The position numbers and the translations under genes were made by a program. From the NCBI GenBank assembly GCA_017463065.1, contig JAFTPX010000009.1:13256-77255 (forward strand): 64,000 nucleotides of DNA, given 5' to 3'. Under the pieces are notes generated by a model, which was not told the origin of the DNA, ran no database searches, and worked only from the letters and a program-made list of their open reading frames with translations. Source of the stretch: Clostridia bacterium. GTDB lineage: Bacteria; Bacillota; Clostridia; Oscillospirales; CAG-272. Within the stretch, counting starts at the first letter, position 1, and each line of letters begins with the position of its first letter. This document shows positions 62,509 through 64,000 of the stretch, piece by piece.

Positions 62509-63983
62509 AAGCCCAAAAATCCTTTCTTCTTGGGGGCCTCTTCTGCTGCCTCTTCTTCCTCCTCGGGCTCACGGAGATCCTGCATAGCCGCCAGAGCGGA
62601 CAGCAGATACCGCCAGGTGCTTGCCACGGATTCCACGGAAAGTCTTTCCGCGGGGGTATGGATATCCGCCATATCGGGGCCGAAGGAAACGGCGTCCAGC
62701 CCGGGGATGCCGCCCGCAAACAGGCCGCATTCCAGCCCTGCGTGGATGGCCTCCACCTTCATCTCCTTGCCGAAGGAATCCTCGTACACCTTCACCATCA
62801 GGTCACGCAAGGGAGATTTCTTGCGGTATTCCCAGGCGGGGTATTCCCCTTCCGTCACCGCAGAACCGCCGAATGCGGTTGCAATCTCCGCAACGAGAGC
62901 GTTCAGCGCCGTTTTTTCCGCTTCCACGGAGCTTCTCACGGAATAGGTGGCAATAAAGGCGGATTCCTTAGTTTCCAGAATGCCGATGTTCAGAGAGGTC
63001 TGCACCAGACCCTCGATCTCGCAGCTCTCCGCCTGCACGCCGTAGGGGGCTTTTCTCAGATAGCCGCCCAGGTCGGCGGAAACCACCTCTCCCCCGTTTT
63101 CATGGAGGGTCTCCACGGTGAGGGTGATCTTCTCCTCGGGGTAGCGTGCGCGGAACTCCCCTTCACAGGCTTTGGCGGCCTCTTCTGCGCCCTCGCCCAA
63201 AACCTCCAAGGTCAAAGAGGACATGATGGCGTTGTCCGCACTGCCGCCCACGGCGGAGATCACCTTGCCGCCCCATTTACCCAGGAATTCTCCTGCCAGC
63301 ACGGCGGCGTTGGCACGGCCCTTGTGGATCTCTGCACCGGAGTGACCTCCCAAAAGGCCGGAGAAGGTGATGCGGGAGACCTTGCCCTGCTCAAAAGAAC
63401 GGGTGAAGGGCAACGTCACGGTGGTCATGGAGCCTCCTGCGCAGGAAACGGTCAAGATCCCTTCGCTTTCGGAGTCCAGGTTCAACAGGAATTTACCCTT
63501 GAGACGGCTCATATCCAGAGCCTTGGCGCCCAAAAGGCCGATCTCCTCGTCGGAGGTGAACACCACCTCCAGGGGTGGATGGTCAAGATCGTCGGAGGCG
63601 AGGATGGCCAGGCCGTAGGCCACGGCGATGCCGTTGTCTCCGCCTAAGGTGGTGCCGTTTGCGGAGATCCAGCCCTCCTCCAGGCGCAGATCCAATCCAT
63701 CCTTCTCAAAATCGTGGGTGCTTTCCGCCGTTTTGGCGCAAACCATGTCCGTATGTCCCTGGAGGATCACCGTTGCGGCGTCCTCGTAGCCGGGAGTGGC
63801 GGGCTTGCGGATGATCACGTTGTTGGCGTGGTCACGCTCCCATTCCAGCTGGCGCACCTTTGCGAAAAAGCAGAGGTAATCTGCGATCTTCTTCACGTTC
63901 CCCGAGCCCCGGGGAATGGCAGAGATCTGCTCAAAATAGTAAAATACCTTTTCGGGGTTCAAATCTGCAAGAATTCCGGGCAT
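62490..63983 (-). CDS. pepD: Aminoacyl-histidine dipeptidase (M20C, PepD-type)
   Basis: FEQISAIPRGSGN, LQGHTDMV and FTSDEEIGLLGA are PepD/M20 hallmarks. 497 aa. Confidence 0.85.
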   Translation of the reverse strand: MPGILADLNPEKVFYYFEQISAIPRGSGNVKKIADYLCFFAKVRQLEWERDHANNVIIRKPATPGYEDAATVILQGHTDMVCAKTAESTHDFEKDGLDLRLEEGWISANGTTLGGDNGIAVAYGLAILASDDLDHPPLEVVFTSDEEIGLLGAKALDMSRLKGKFLLNLDSESEGILTVSCAGGSMTTVTLPFTRSFEQGKVSRITFSGLLGGHSGAEIHKGRANAAVLAGEFLGKWGGKVISAVGGSADNAIMSSLTLEVLGEGAEEAAKACEGEFRARYPEEKITLTVETLHENGGEVVSADLGGYLRKAPYGVQAESCEIEGLVQTSLNIGILETKESAFIATYSVRSSVEAEKTALNALVAEIATAFGGSAVTEGEYPAWEYRKKSPLRDLMVKVYEDSFGKEMKVEAIHAGLECGLFAGGIPGLDAVSFGPDMADIHTPAERLSVESVASTWRYLLSALAAMQDLREPEEEEEAAEEAPKKKGFLGLWNRRK

Positions 63984-64000
63984 AAAAAGCCTCCTCGTTA

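Noticed and set aside
1-64000. A scan of the non-coding gaps for tRNA, rRNA or tmRNA genes and for integrase, transposase or reverse-transcriptase genes.
   Set aside because: No cloverleaf-compatible sequence and no recombinase or RT motifs were recognised in this window. The integrase is presumably beyond the left edge.

Overview
About 57 kb of this window (1 to ~56967) is the right-hand part of a temperate prophage with a contractile tail of the PBSX/Xkd type. The host looks like a fairly GC-rich Clostridia-type Firmicute. All ~80 phage genes are on the + strand. The integrase/lysogeny end lies outside the window. About 7 kb of host chromosome follows.

Gene order along the prophage:
- Recombination: an SSAP-like protein and a fused SbcD-SbcC.
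- Replication: a replisome organizer and a DnaC-like loader.
- A tightly coupled SAM-centred operon: metK, radical SAM, SPPY DNA methyltransferase, radical SAM, YopX.
- Small zinc-ribbon proteins, a MazG fusion, SSB and a RecU-like resolvase.
- A sigma/ArpU-like regulator, then a promoter-plus-terminator leader.
- A P-loop kinase, two ParB-like paralogues and a third radical SAM enzyme.
- terS/terL, portal, head morphogenesis protein, XkdF protease/scaffold and major capsid protein.
- A 5-kb accessory block: fibre-like proteins, an intact UppS cis-prenyltransferase, a BspA-type LRR protein, an LplA-like protein and a small membrane protein.
- Connectors, sheath, tube, chaperone with a candidate -1 frameshift, tape measure, LysM protein, baseplate, and a fibre with an FGE-type domain.
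- Holins and an endolysin with CW_7 repeats.
- An unusual 7.5-kb right arm with consensus sigma-A promoters, a candidate minus-strand sRNA, an iteron/AT-rich array, a DUF4942 methyltransferase and a second YopX.

The prophage ends against a 5'-truncated Mn-catalase (CotJC-type) gene, so it appears to split that gene. The host genes are a YD-repeat protein, a sugar isomerase, an esterase, an APH-fold kinase, rsmI and pepD.

All functional calls rest on motifs recognised by eye. No database searches or folding calculations were run.
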